Source of the DNA: a virus
Taxonomy: Duplodnaviria > Caudoviricetes
Virus record (IMG/VR): IMGVR_UViG_3300020042_006108
Span: 1 to 32,829 of that record
Length of the DNA stretch: 32,829 nt
Direction: 5' to 3' (one strand)
Shown: piece after piece, positions 14,957-25,099 of the stretch
How the letters are laid out: each line of letters starts with the position of its first letter
Numbering within the stretch: position 1 is the first letter of the stretch
Translations under genes and position numbers: made by a program
The notes under the pieces: model-generated
What the model was told of the DNA's origin: nothing
The model's input: only the letters and a program-made list of their open reading frames with translations
Databases searched by the model: none

Positions 14957-15505
14957 TTATGAAAATAATATTGAGTAATCCTTCTTTTTTGTTTCTGTAA
15001 AATTATTTTTAACCGCAACGTCTGGAGTTCCTGTTGGAGTTTCTGCAAGCGTTTTAGTTAGATTCATTAATCCCTCAATTAATTGAGTTGCCTTATTTAG
15101 TTTGCTTTCGTATTCAGCAAACTTTGTTTCGTACGATGCGAACTTTGTTTCGTATGTTGCAAACTTTTCGTTTGTTGCAGTTTCTAAAGTTGAAAATTTT
15201 GCGCTCATATCTTCAACCTTTGGCATCTTTGCCTCTACTTCTACTTCTTCAGTCATCGGCATAATTTCCATAATCGCGCCGTTTTCGCCTAACACTATAA
15301 CCGTTCCGTCGCTTAATTCGTGTTGACCTACTGGAGCGGGTACGCCTTCGATTGTTACAATACCGCCAACTTCAAGCGCGGTAACTTCTACAACCGTCCC
15401 GTCTTTTAAAGTTGCTTGCATCATTGCAACGGGTGTTTGCGTTGGCTGTGCTACCAATTCCGCAAATTGTTCTTTTAATTTTTGTAAAATTTCTGTTGCT
15501 TTCAT
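14957..15505 (-). CDS. Probable scaffolding protein
   Basis: Between protease and capsid; acidic; LKDGT/LSDGT repeats and a heptad coiled coil. Confidence 0.7.
   Translation of the reverse strand: MKATEILQKLKEQFAELVAQPTQTPVAMMQATLKDGTVVEVTALEVGGIVTIEGVPAPVGQHELSDGTVIVLGENGAIMEIMPMTEEVEVEAKMPKVEDMSAKFSTLETATNEKFATYETKFASYETKFAEYESKLNKATQLIEGLMNLTKTLAETPTGTPDVAVKNNFTETKKKDYSILFS
15106..15170. repeat. Three imperfect 21-bp in-frame tandem repeats
   Basis: Encode KFATYET-KFASYET-KFAEYES. Confidence 0.8.
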
Positions 15506-15519
15506 ATTTTATTATAGAA

Positions 15520-16749
15520 TTAATCTTCAACAATTGAGTTTAAAAGTTCTTCAATCTTTTTTAAGGCGTTTTCTTCGGCGCTAATCGGCTCGACATAGTC
15601 AAATAAACCCTCGACGCTAAAGCCTTTATAATCGCCTTTCTTTATGCTTTGCCATACCTTTTCATTTTCTACATAAAAACTACCAAACCAACTACCATCG
15701 GCAACGCCTTCAAACCCTTTCATTGGCATAATACCTCTCTCCTTATCTACTAACCAACTTTCAAACATTGTAACCCCTTTTACTTTTTGCTCTGGATCGT
15801 GCATTAAGTTTACATTGTTTTGATATTTCTTTTTTGCAAATTTTATAGCAATCATTTTTATCGTTTCCGCTGAAAACTTAACATAGTGTTCGCCCATCTT
15901 TTCATTGTTTCGATAAATCAATTCATCCGCTAACATTAACGCTCCCGATATAATTCTTTTTTCTTCGCTGATAATTGCAAAAGATAATTTTTCTTTGTCG
16001 ATTTGCGCGAGCTTTCTAGATGCCCATTCAACCCCAGCATCACCACCCCACGCCAACCACATCAAACGTCCGCAACCATCCCCTAATTCTTTTTCTGAGT
16101 TTTGACGATGGCGTTCAAACGCCGACATTTTTGCTATCGTGTCCCTTGAAATCGGAAGTCCTTTTGCGATTTGGTTTGCTCTTATTTTGCCAACAGGCGT
16201 TCCGCAATCGCCCCATCCGTTTTCCTCTGCATATCTCAAAGCTATCTTTGCATTTTCTTTGGCTTGTTTTGGATAGTCGTTGTAACTTTCCGCAAATGTA
16301 TTTTTAGGCAAATATTCTTTAATCTTGTTTATGTGGTTTTGCATAAAACTTACATCGTGTTGCATTCCTATTAACTTGTCGATTTCAGCCATTAAATCAA
16401 TAAAATCGTCTAACAATAAAACGGCTTCATTGTAATCTTCAACACTAACAAAGTTTTTTTCGATTGCGTTATATTCCGTTTCTAAAATATTATCGGCTAT
16501 TTGCCCCGCACTTCGTAACATTCCTTGCTCATTTATTCCAACATTCATATCGACTAAATGTTGAAATAATTCAGTAACCATAGGGCACAAATAAAAATAC
16601 TTTGGACTAAATCCGTAAATACTTAATTGGTCGTTAAACGCTAAAAAATCTTTTTTAATTGCTGGCGAATCAACAAGCGCTATGTAATCAACTTGCGCTT
16701 CATCTTGTAAGTTTTCACTTATTTTTAACTCGTAAATTGGTAATGTCAT
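15520..16749 (-). CDS. Prohead protease (XkdF-like) with inserted domains
   Basis: IALVDSPAI at the N-terminus; EKRIISGALM, NVNLMHD, FESW and GDYKGFSVEG at the C-terminus. Confidence 0.8.
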   Translation of the reverse strand: MTLPIYELKISENLQDEAQVDYIALVDSPAIKKDFLAFNDQLSIYGFSPKYFYLCPMVTELFQHLVDMNVGINEQGMLRSAGQIADNILETEYNAIEKNFVSVEDYNEAVLLLDDFIDLMAEIDKLIGMQHDVSFMQNHINKIKEYLPKNTFAESYNDYPKQAKENAKIALRYAEENGWGDCGTPVGKIRANQIAKGLPISRDTIAKMSAFERHRQNSEKELGDGCGRLMWLAWGGDAGVEWASRKLAQIDKEKLSFAIISEEKRIISGALMLADELIYRNNEKMGEHYVKFSAETIKMIAIKFAKKKYQNNVNLMHDPEQKVKGVTMFESWLVDKERGIMPMKGFEGVADGSWFGSFYVENEKVWQSIKKGDYKGFSVEGLFDYVEPISAEENALKKIEELLNSIVED

Positions 16750-16754
16750 AATTT

Positions 16755-18785
16755 TTAATTTATACGTGATGCTCTATTTAATCTATTTATTCGTTCTTGA
16801 TTTCCGCTAACATCGGATTCTACAACATAGGCGCGAGCCGTCGCTGATGCTAACTGATTTATTTGCCCCGCGTTAATTGTTTGCGTTTCTAATTGTGGGG
16901 GTAATGGTGGCGCAACAGTACCACCGCCACCGCCTAATGATGGAGCGCCACCACCTGAAGCGCCACCACCACTTTTTACGTTTGCACCTTTAATTGCTCT
17001 AATACCTTTTACAACCGCCGAAATAGATGAAGCTATTGATAATGCAGCACTAATTGTATTAATTGCAACAAATGGTTGCCCACCCGTCAAAGGCGATGCA
17101 GCAATAGATTTAGCATTAGCAACTTGTGTATTTGCTACAATTTTTGCTATTGCCATTGCTTGTTCTACAATTAATGATGCTATTGCAAAACCTTTTCCAG
17201 CCTCTGTATTTTTACCGACTAATTCGGATAGTATATTTAATGAGTTTCCTATGCTTTCAAACGCTGATATTTTAGCGTCGCGTTCCGCTTGCGCAATTGC
17301 TATCCTTTCTTCACTTTCTTTTTTTTCTTTTGCCGTTTGTTCTGCTTCTGCTTTTAATTTATCTTCATATTCTTTTTTTCTTTTTTCATTATTTGCTTTG
17401 TTATCCGCTTCTACTTTTAATATCGCAGCGTCGGCTTTCTTTTGTTCTTCTTCATCTCGCTTTGCGTTAATTGCGTCTAATTGAATTTGAAATTGTTTAC
17501 CTAATTCAATCCGCTTCGCGTTCTTTTGTTCTTCTTTAAATGCACTCGCGTTTAATTCCTTTATATCGTTAGTAAATTGCAAAGTCAATAAGGCTTCAGC
17601 TTTATCGTTTTCGTCTTTTATAGCGTCAATAAAATTCTTATCCTTTAACGCTTGCAATTCTTTTGCAAAATCTATATCAGCTTTTTTTCTATCCTCATTT
17701 GCTTTCTTTTGTTCTGCTATCCTTTCATCATTTGCTTGTTTATTTTTTTGAGCTGTTTCTTTATTCGCGTTGGTTTTTTCGGTGGCAATTTCAACATTAT
17801 GCTTGCGTTCTAATTCAACCCTATCGATTAAAGATTTGTTTAAAATTGCCGTTTGGTCATTTGCAAACTTTAATGATTCCTTTACTGTTTCGCCTTGCTT
17901 TTTTATTACTTCATCACTCGCTCCCGATTGCTTAAGTGAAGCCAAAGCGTTTTTATTTTTCTCAAGCGTATTTATAGCCGTTTCTCTAGATGCTTTTTCG
18001 GTTGCTATCTTTTCATCTATTAACTTTAATTCAAGCGCACGAATCGAAGCCGTTGTAGCTCCATTCGCTTTTGCCATTGCAAGTTGATAAGATTGCGCAC
18101 GTGCTAATTCTTCATTCGCTTTTGCCGTTGCTTTTTGTTGAGCCTCCAATGCTTTCGCGTTTGCTTTAACAGCCGCTTCATTTGTTTTAGCCGCTTTTGC
18201 GTTACTCATGAAATATGAAGTAAGCGCAACAACCGCTGCAATTAAAGCCGTGATTGCAATGATTAAAACCCCAATAGGATTAGCCGACATTACTAGATTA
18301 AAAATCCTTTGCGCTGCAGTTACAATTTTTTGCACAACGCTAAAACTTTTTAAAACAGCACCTAAGTTTTTAAAGGAATCGCGGGCTTCTAAAACTGAAT
18401 TAATCCCCTGGCTTAATGCCATTGCGGAATTTACTTTTAAAAGCATTTTTTCTACATCTTCGCTTTCACTACCAAATAAACCCATAGCACCCTGAACGGC
18501 TGCAAACCCACCCGCAACACCTTGTAAAGCACTCCCAAACGCTTTAAATTTAGCATCGGGATTAAAGGCGTCTGCCATTGCTTTTGCATCTCCAATACTA
18601 TCTTTTAAATTCGCGACTTTTTTAGCCGCTTGTACCGCTTCGTCCGATGTATCACCAAACTTTTCGCGCATGGCAATAAGTTCCGCTGTAGCCTCTTTTA
18701 ATTGCGATTTTATCGAGCCTACCGATTTCGTTGCTTCGCTACCGTCTACCGTTATTTTTACGCCTACTTCAGTTGTTGTTGCCAT
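16755..18785 (-). CDS. Tail tape measure protein
   Basis: 676 aa, Ala/Lys/Glu-rich and helical, ANPIG motif, C-terminal RAYVVESDV. Confidence 0.85.
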   Translation of the reverse strand: MATTTEVGVKITVDGSEATKSVGSIKSQLKEATAELIAMREKFGDTSDEAVQAAKKVANLKDSIGDAKAMADAFNPDAKFKAFGSALQGVAGGFAAVQGAMGLFGSESEDVEKMLLKVNSAMALSQGINSVLEARDSFKNLGAVLKSFSVVQKIVTAAQRIFNLVMSANPIGVLIIAITALIAAVVALTSYFMSNAKAAKTNEAAVKANAKALEAQQKATAKANEELARAQSYQLAMAKANGATTASIRALELKLIDEKIATEKASRETAINTLEKNKNALASLKQSGASDEVIKKQGETVKESLKFANDQTAILNKSLIDRVELERKHNVEIATEKTNANKETAQKNKQANDERIAEQKKANEDRKKADIDFAKELQALKDKNFIDAIKDENDKAEALLTLQFTNDIKELNASAFKEEQKNAKRIELGKQFQIQLDAINAKRDEEEQKKADAAILKVEADNKANNEKRKKEYEDKLKAEAEQTAKEKKESEERIAIAQAERDAKISAFESIGNSLNILSELVGKNTEAGKGFAIASLIVEQAMAIAKIVANTQVANAKSIAASPLTGGQPFVAINTISAALSIASSISAVVKGIRAIKGANVKSGGGASGGGAPSLGGGGGTVAPPLPPQLETQTINAGQINQLASATARAYVVESDVSGNQERINRLNRASRIN

Positions 18786-19207
18786 TAATATATTTTTATT
18801 TCAAAACTTGTATTACCTAAAATTTCATCTGTTAAACTCGCGCCTTGATATGTAAATAGGTCTAAACGTGTTGCCGTTCCATACTGCATTATAAAAGTAT
18901 AATCGCCATTTTTTAATTGGTTGTTGCCTATCGTTATAAACATTGTTGATGCAGTCCAAAGTGATATATTCGAATTAATTCTATAAATACCGTTCGTTGT
19001 TCTAGTTGTTGAAAGCGTCGCGCCTGTTGTGTTTTCAAATTCTACAATTGTTGGGTCGCTCGTTCCCGCTTGCGATATATTGCCCTTAATAACTTTGTTA
19101 GGAACGCCAACCCATCCGCTCGCGTCGTTAAATTGTAACGTCGTGCCTGTCGTTCCTGTAATGTCTAACCATTGACCTTCAAATTCATCAAAATATTTTA
19201 TAATCAT
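18785..19207 (-). CDS. Minor tail / structural protein
   Basis: 140 aa, T/G-rich beta composition, within the tail module. Confidence 0.6.
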   Translation of the reverse strand: MIIKYFDEFEGQWLDITGTTGTTLQFNDASGWVGVPNKVIKGNISQAGTSDPTIVEFENTTGATLSTTRTTNGIYRINSNISLWTASTMFITIGNNQLKNGDYTFIMQYGTATRLDLFTYQGASLTDEILGNTSFEIKIY

Positions 19208-19208
19208 T

Positions 19209-21323
19209 TTAGTATGTTGTATAGATTACTCGTAATAATTGCACCTCGCAAAGTTCATTTTCTGCATAATCCACAATTTTATAAAGACGATATAAAACGC
19301 CATCAATCCAAATAAACTTTGTAAAATCTAGCGTGTTAATATCGCGCTCTGTTAATTTCATTTTGCACGTTACTAACCTTGAATCTTTATCGGTAATTTC
19401 CGCAAAGTATGGCGAGTAATACGTATTAAATAAATTGTTTGATAATGTGCCTGTTGTTAATAAAAAATTTAATTGTTCTGGTATTCCAAAGTTTAAATCG
19501 GAACTTGGGTTAAATGGGTTGTCTAAATGTCCCGCATAACCATAAGCCGTATAAGTTCCATAAGAAACAGGCACATTAAAAATCCTAGCATTTGAATATA
19601 TTTTCCAACTTGTACGATCTGTTATTTTTTTTGCTTGCATAATACGAATATTATGCTCAATCATTTCTTCCGTACCATTATTTAGCTTATAAACTGCAGG
19701 GAATATTTTATCATTACCAGTATAACCAACCAAAGGCGATGCGCTAAATATAACTTCTGTTGTGCTGGTATCTTTGGCAAATTCCAACTCATTATCAAAA
19801 CGATAATCGCCGTAACCTACAACAAACTTTTTTCTATACTGCTCATTAAAATAGTCCGCATCTTGTTTAAACTTTATGTCATAATATCGAGCGTTTATTT
19901 CGCTCATAGGTTTAATTTTTATTACCTGGCTTCTATCTACTTTATCGCTCCAATCTTGGTAGGTTGTGCGGTCGGTATCGTAAAAATCAACATAAGGCTC
20001 AATTACTAATTTCTTTTCGGTAAATCTATCTTCGGTTACCATTAAATTGAACATCTTGAGTATTGATGCAAAGAAATCTTTTTGTAATATTCCCTTTGGT
20101 AAACTATCCGAAACAATTAAATTATCATTATAATTTGCAGGTGTTAATGTCGGGCTACCGTCTAACGTCATTGATATACCTGTTATGTTTACGCTTATTG
20201 CATCCGTACCAGATACGCTATCCATTGTTACCGAAAATGTATCGTTTGTTGCAAGTGTAAAGAATGAATTGAACGGGGCATAATTAACAGAAAAACTAAA
20301 TGGAACTAATGTAGTCGCATTGCCTAAACCCCCAATTTGTGAAGGTGGCATGCCAAAAAATGTGTTATCGTTACACAAAAAAACTCCATTTTTATACAGA
20401 TTAAATCTAACTACTTTATTCCCTAATATTGCTTGGTTTGATATTCGCCAAGTTCCAGCCAATTTTAAATTAACCGAGCCACTAAATGTTTGCGCACCTG
20501 TATAAGTCCAAGTTTTATTATCCGCACTTGTAAAATTTGCCTCTAATTGATTTATAATTGGTATGCCACCACTTCCAATAACTCCAGAAGGTACGCCGTT
20601 AAAAATTCTTGTTTTCTTATATGCCAATCTCGATTGATTGTTAGGTACAATTAAACGTTTAAAAAAGTTAGTATTGAAAAAGTCCGATTCCCAAGTATAA
20701 CCCGCACTCGTTATTATTTTATTTATGTATTCACGAACAAAGAAAGCGGGACGAAATGCTGTATAATAAAATGATTTTTTAAAAAAGTTAGCATCGTTTG
20801 TTGGCGATGTGTTTCCATAATCAATTAAAGGGTAATAATAACCAGTTCCTGATGCATCGTTATTCCAACTATTTTCAATATTTGTTACGTTGTATTGATG
20901 GTTGTATGCGCTAAAATCTAAATCGGTTAATTTACTCGCGCCTAACTTTGAAAAGAAACCGCCTAACTCTCCAAACAAAGCGATTTCATATTCTACAAAT
21001 TCGCCGTCAATAATTATTTCCAATAAACGCAAAGTGCCTTTTATAACCTGTAATCCATTTACCTCAATACGTGCTTTCGCTGATTTGCTTGCGTTGAAAT
21101 TATATTTAACATTTTGCCCATCTACAGTAAAATTTGAGTTAGCAAACTCAAATATATTACCGAGTAAACGATTATTTTTTGAAGTGCCCGGCAAAACAAT
21201 TGTTTTTGTAAAGGATGTTGTTTTGCTATCTAAATTGTTTAGATCGTCGATAGAATAATTTATCAACTGCGAAAAACCCGCATTAATATCCAACTCATTA
21301 TCTTCAATAAAAATCCTTGTCAT
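19209..21323 (-). CDS. Tail tip / hub-like structural protein
   Basis: 704 aa, SFTKTIVLPGTSKNN and YYYPLIDYG, with a central beta-rich region. Confidence 0.7.
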   Translation of the reverse strand: MTRIFIEDNELDINAGFSQLINYSIDDLNNLDSKTTSFTKTIVLPGTSKNNRLLGNIFEFANSNFTVDGQNVKYNFNASKSAKARIEVNGLQVIKGTLRLLEIIIDGEFVEYEIALFGELGGFFSKLGASKLTDLDFSAYNHQYNVTNIENSWNNDASGTGYYYPLIDYGNTSPTNDANFFKKSFYYTAFRPAFFVREYINKIITSAGYTWESDFFNTNFFKRLIVPNNQSRLAYKKTRIFNGVPSGVIGSGGIPIINQLEANFTSADNKTWTYTGAQTFSGSVNLKLAGTWRISNQAILGNKVVRFNLYKNGVFLCNDNTFFGMPPSQIGGLGNATTLVPFSFSVNYAPFNSFFTLATNDTFSVTMDSVSGTDAISVNITGISMTLDGSPTLTPANYNDNLIVSDSLPKGILQKDFFASILKMFNLMVTEDRFTEKKLVIEPYVDFYDTDRTTYQDWSDKVDRSQVIKIKPMSEINARYYDIKFKQDADYFNEQYRKKFVVGYGDYRFDNELEFAKDTSTTEVIFSASPLVGYTGNDKIFPAVYKLNNGTEEMIEHNIRIMQAKKITDRTSWKIYSNARIFNVPVSYGTYTAYGYAGHLDNPFNPSSDLNFGIPEQLNFLLTTGTLSNNLFNTYYSPYFAEITDKDSRLVTCKMKLTERDINTLDFTKFIWIDGVLYRLYKIVDYAENELCEVQLLRVIYTTY

Positions 21324-22498
21324 CGTTTAAAATTGTAGCGTGTTTGATTTAATTCAATGTCTATTTCCAAAGCTCTTAATCTGTTGTTTGTATAAGTTGA
21401 ATATTCGTAATTATTCGCTTTGATACTAACCGGGTAATAATTGCCGTCTATTTCCGCGTAAATCTGCGGACTTACAATTAATTCTGCAAGCCAGATATAT
21501 TCTGCATCGCTCGGGTAATTCATTGTTAATTTATACGAATGATTTGTTTTACTGCCGTAGTTTATTTTGCTTTCATTATAAACGTTATTAGCATCGTAAT
21601 AATCAACGCTTGAATTATTTAAGGTGTAATTACGTTGCTCAAATGTTTTGCGCTCCACGTCCATTGTAAGCCTCGAGGCTAAATCAAAACGAGCCGTATC
21701 GAACATTCCAAAGGCGTTAATAAAATAAAGGTTAATAGGCGTGTACATCGGGTTGCAATCAATATCCACTCTTATAATAGATGAAACCGTTGGAGTGTTT
21801 AGCATTTGAACAGTATAATAAGCGGTTGCATTAGTTATTATTTGCGGTACTGATAAAAATGTACAATATTTATTGATTGCTTCAACTCCAATATCCACTT
21901 GATTATATTTATAAACTTCAAAAAAGCTATCTGTAAATGTTCCTATTAAAGCATTACTTGCGTTATAACTTTTTACTTCAGGATAAAAATGTACACCAAC
22001 AATATCTAAAAAAGGAATTAATATTTTATCAGTACGTTTTGCCTTAATTCTTAATGGTCTATTTGTTAGCCAGTTGCCGTCTTTTTGCCCTATGTTAATT
22101 TGACGGCGTTTAAATAATGGTGCGCTGTAATTATAAGTAGTTACGTTTCCCGATACTAAATTTAAATAAGTCGTTCCGCTGTAATCTTCGCCAACTCTTA
22201 ATTGATATGTTTTTTGATTTAATGTATCGCTTTGAGTTAATGGTAAACCTTGAGTTGCATTTGCAGGATTAAACCAACCATAAGTAATTTCATTTGATAC
22301 TACAGGCATAGCGTCAAAGTAACCTCGACCGTTTGACGGCTCGGGGAATACTTTTGTTCGTACTAATTGCACGCTATCAACAAACACATCAAAAACATAT
22401 TTAAAATCTACTTGCCCTGAATTGCTAGAATAAGCAATCGACCAAAGATTATCCTGAGCGGATGGGTAACCTGAAGGGTTTATTAATGTTATACTCAT
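21320..22498 (-). CDS. Tail structural protein (possible distal tail)
   Basis: 392 aa, C-terminal FINAFGMFD..WLAELIVSPQIY; coupled to the 704-aa gene. Confidence 0.65.
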   Translation of the reverse strand: MSITLINPSGYPSAQDNLWSIAYSSNSGQVDFKYVFDVFVDSVQLVRTKVFPEPSNGRGYFDAMPVVSNEITYGWFNPANATQGLPLTQSDTLNQKTYQLRVGEDYSGTTYLNLVSGNVTTYNYSAPLFKRRQINIGQKDGNWLTNRPLRIKAKRTDKILIPFLDIVGVHFYPEVKSYNASNALIGTFTDSFFEVYKYNQVDIGVEAINKYCTFLSVPQIITNATAYYTVQMLNTPTVSSIIRVDIDCNPMYTPINLYFINAFGMFDTARFDLASRLTMDVERKTFEQRNYTLNNSSVDYYDANNVYNESKINYGSKTNHSYKLTMNYPSDAEYIWLAELIVSPQIYAEIDGNYYPVSIKANNYEYSTYTNNRLRALEIDIELNQTRYNFKR

Positions 22499-23121
22499 TT
22501 AAAAATATTAATTGTTATTGTTTTGCCTATTGCCTCGCCAAGTTCTTTTTCGAAGCCTTGTAAACTTTTCTTAATCGTTGGCTCGATAAAATTACGTGGT
22601 TTAATACCGTATGATTTTATGTTAAAAATCAACCTGTTTAAATTTCTATCAAACTCACTTATGCGCTTAAATTTCTTTTCAACCCCTTGCGCTCCGTACT
22701 TTTGAACGTCTGTTGTTCTAACCTTTGCCTTTGCGCTACGCAACCAATTTGATAAAGATTTGCGCCCTTCAGCGCTCATTGTATAACTGTTCTTAAACTT
22801 AAATCTACTTTGTGGCGATTTACTAATCCAACCCATAACCCCCTCATCTTGAAACTTTGCATAATACGGAAATCTAATATTTAAAGTTGCAGAACTACCC
22901 GCTTGCACTATTTCATAATTTACGTTTTCAATATTACCAGATGCAATAATCTTTTTACTATTTAATTGCTCTAGCCAAACATCCTTAAATAATTCAGCAC
23001 GCTCAATCAACAAGGAGTTTAATTCTTTTGCCACATCTTCGCTAAAATTAAAACTACCAACACTACCTACAAATCCGTTATTGATTTGGATATTTTGCGA
23101 TTCTGTTATATTAATGGGCAT
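22495..23121 (-). CDS. Probable tail completion / neck protein (HK97 gp10-like)
   Basis: ASGN, YAKFQDEGV and GIKPRNFIEP motifs. Confidence 0.6.
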   Translation of the reverse strand: MPINITESQNIQINNGFVGSVGSFNFSEDVAKELNSLLIERAELFKDVWLEQLNSKKIIASGNIENVNYEIVQAGSSATLNIRFPYYAKFQDEGVMGWISKSPQSRFKFKNSYTMSAEGRKSLSNWLRSAKAKVRTTDVQKYGAQGVEKKFKRISEFDRNLNRLIFNIKSYGIKPRNFIEPTIKKSLQGFEKELGEAIGKTITINIFK

Positions 23122-23393
23122 GTTTTTTTAATAGTTTTTTTTCTTGTTCGTTATCTATTTCGCGCTTCATCTTTAAATAACTCAAATCATTTAGGAATTG
23201 AAACACCGGCAAATCCCACGCCTCGTTTATGCTAATACCTTCAAATTCCGATACCATTTTGCAGTTATAAAGCCATCCGTAAACTCGGCTAAATTCGTCA
23301 ACACCTCCTCCACCTTCGCCGTGTCCGTTGCTATTGTTTTGAAATAAGTAACTGAAGCCTGAATTGATTTGCTGAAAACAGCGTAAAAAAAAA
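23111..23393 (-). CDS. -1 frameshift extension (GT-like) of the tail assembly chaperone
   Basis: The -1 frame opens at the T9 run (23385-23393) and encodes YGWLY...WDLPVFQFLNDLSYLK. Confidence 0.7.
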
Positions 23394-23862
23394 CACACGC
23401 TTGATACGCCACCTCAAAATCTATATCGAGCATATCCTCAGCTACTTGCCTATGATTCTTTTCTTTGCGCTTTAAACCCTTAATAGTAAATTTTAAAGGT
23501 GTGCACATTGTAGCCATGATCTTGTTAAGGTTGCATATTACATCTTCGCTGTATGTCGCTAGTTCAACATAACGCCCCGCGTTCATTGGTGGTTTTGCTA
23601 AATCGTATTCAAGTAAATACAAACGCCCTTTAACGGCTACATATTTTTGCGGTTTCTTATTATCTAATTCTACACCGTACGCTTCAAACTTTTTATTAAT
23701 TTTTGCGCATAATGTGTTAAACTTTTTTAAAGGCATTTTATTTACCTGTGCATTGCTTAAGCCTGTAAATTCTTGAACTAACAAAGCCGACTTTTCAGCC
23801 TCGTTAATATCCATTAAGCTAATCTTGTAAAGTTCTTGAAACTTTGAAATTGTAACCTTCAT
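23227..23862 (-). CDS. Probable tail assembly chaperone (G-like)
   Basis: Contains in-frame GTT TTT TTT TAC slippery sequence with an overlapping -1 ORF. Confidence 0.7.
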   Translation of the reverse strand: MKVTISKFQELYKISLMDINEAEKSALLVQEFTGLSNAQVNKMPLKKFNTLCAKINKKFEAYGVELDNKKPQKYVAVKGRLYLLEYDLAKPPMNAGRYVELATYSEDVICNLNKIMATMCTPLKFTIKGLKRKEKNHRQVAEDMLDIDFEVAYQACVFFYAVFSKSIQASVTYFKTIATDTAKVEEVLTNLAEFTDGFITAKWYRNLKVLA

Positions 23863-23889
23863 AATATAATATAGATTTTTTTGAGAAAA

Positions 23890-25044
23890 TTAGATGAAGC
23901 GATAAACTCCAGCGTGTTTATAATTGTTTTTGCATTTATTCGCTAAAGCCAAAGCATTTACACAATCGTCATGAAATCCCGTTGGAGCGTTATATCGTAC
24001 ACCCGTTGCCGTGTACTGATATTCAAATATCTCTAGTTCACTTTTAATTTCGTTATCTGGATAAAATATCTCGCGTTTGTGTATTGATGAAGCCAAAGCC
24101 TCCATTAATTGTTGCTTACTAGATGAAGTATATTTAAACCCGTGCATAGCGTTAAAATGGCGCTGTAAATCTTCCGTTATCGCATCACCTACGCCCGTAC
24201 TATCAATTACAACAGGTTTGCTTTTATCGAGCCTTAAAATCGTTTCTTTAGTTTGCGCCCAATCTTTTTGAAATCGGTCATAGTGTGCAACGTGTCCATT
24301 TGCATCTAGTCCAATTATAACCGTGTAATCAAATGACTTTGCCAAATCTATTCCATAATACGCCACAGGTAAAACGCTTAATGGTCGGATGCAGTCGATA
24401 ATGTGCTGGTTGCCAAACGGATTACTCGCGTTTTCCATAGCGTTAGCCATGTATTCCTGTTCAAATACTGCAGGTGGCAATTGTGTTTTTGCATCGTCTA
24501 TTTCGGTGCGATCAATGTAAGGGTTATCGTATGTGCTGAATTTAAATGATTGCCAGTCGTTGCCGTCCGATTTCATAAACAATGAGTAAAAGTAATTCTT
24601 ACCTTTGGGAGTTGAGACAAACAGCGCACGCCCTTTATAATCGGTTAAGGTAGGTCGGATTGAGTTAAGCCATCCATCTTCAAGATTAGGAATAAAAGAA
24701 GCCTCGTCTATAATTACTAAATGGAATTTTCGCCCTCTTAAATTGTCTAATCGTTCGCCTGTAAAAAACATTACATTGCCATCGTTGGGAAACGATATGG
24801 TTAAATCGGATTTGTTATTTTCGAAGGGTATTGTTTTTATTAGCTTGTTAAAAAAGGTTTTTGCTAGTTGGTAAGTAGGTGTGATGTAAGCAACGCTATT
24901 GCCTTTAATAGCTTCAAAGATTATTTCTAATTGTGCAAGTTCCGATTTGCCAAACCTTCGCCCGCACATAACAACCCTAAACCGCGATTCGCAATCAAAT
25001 ATTTTTTGTTGGTTTATGTGTAATTCCGGTATCGGTATTTTCAT
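23890..25044 (-). CDS. terL: Terminase large subunit
   Basis: Walker A GRRFGKS, Walker B VIIDEA, STPKGKN, GIDLA, DSTGVG and HDDCV. Confidence 0.95.
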   Translation of the reverse strand: MKIPIPELHINQQKIFDCESRFRVVMCGRRFGKSELAQLEIIFEAIKGNSVAYITPTYQLAKTFFNKLIKTIPFENNKSDLTISFPNDGNVMFFTGERLDNLRGRKFHLVIIDEASFIPNLEDGWLNSIRPTLTDYKGRALFVSTPKGKNYFYSLFMKSDGNDWQSFKFSTYDNPYIDRTEIDDAKTQLPPAVFEQEYMANAMENASNPFGNQHIIDCIRPLSVLPVAYYGIDLAKSFDYTVIIGLDANGHVAHYDRFQKDWAQTKETILRLDKSKPVVIDSTGVGDAITEDLQRHFNAMHGFKYTSSSKQQLMEALASSIHKREIFYPDNEIKSELEIFEYQYTATGVRYNAPTGFHDDCVNALALANKCKNNYKHAGVYRFI

Positions 25045-25062
25045 TAATTTTTACTATTTAAA

Positions 25063-25086
25063 CATTTTCCCGATGTCGGGAAAATG
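25063..25086. repeat. Perfect palindrome just upstream of terL
   Basis: CATTTTCCCGA-TG-TCGGGAAAATG (11-bp arms). Confidence 0.85.
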
Positions 25087-25099
25087 GTATGCAGTACGG

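Noticed and set aside
15106-15170. 21-bp repeats as a regulatory or CRISPR-like array
   Set aside because: In frame, degenerate at synonymous positions, and explained by a coiled-coil heptad.
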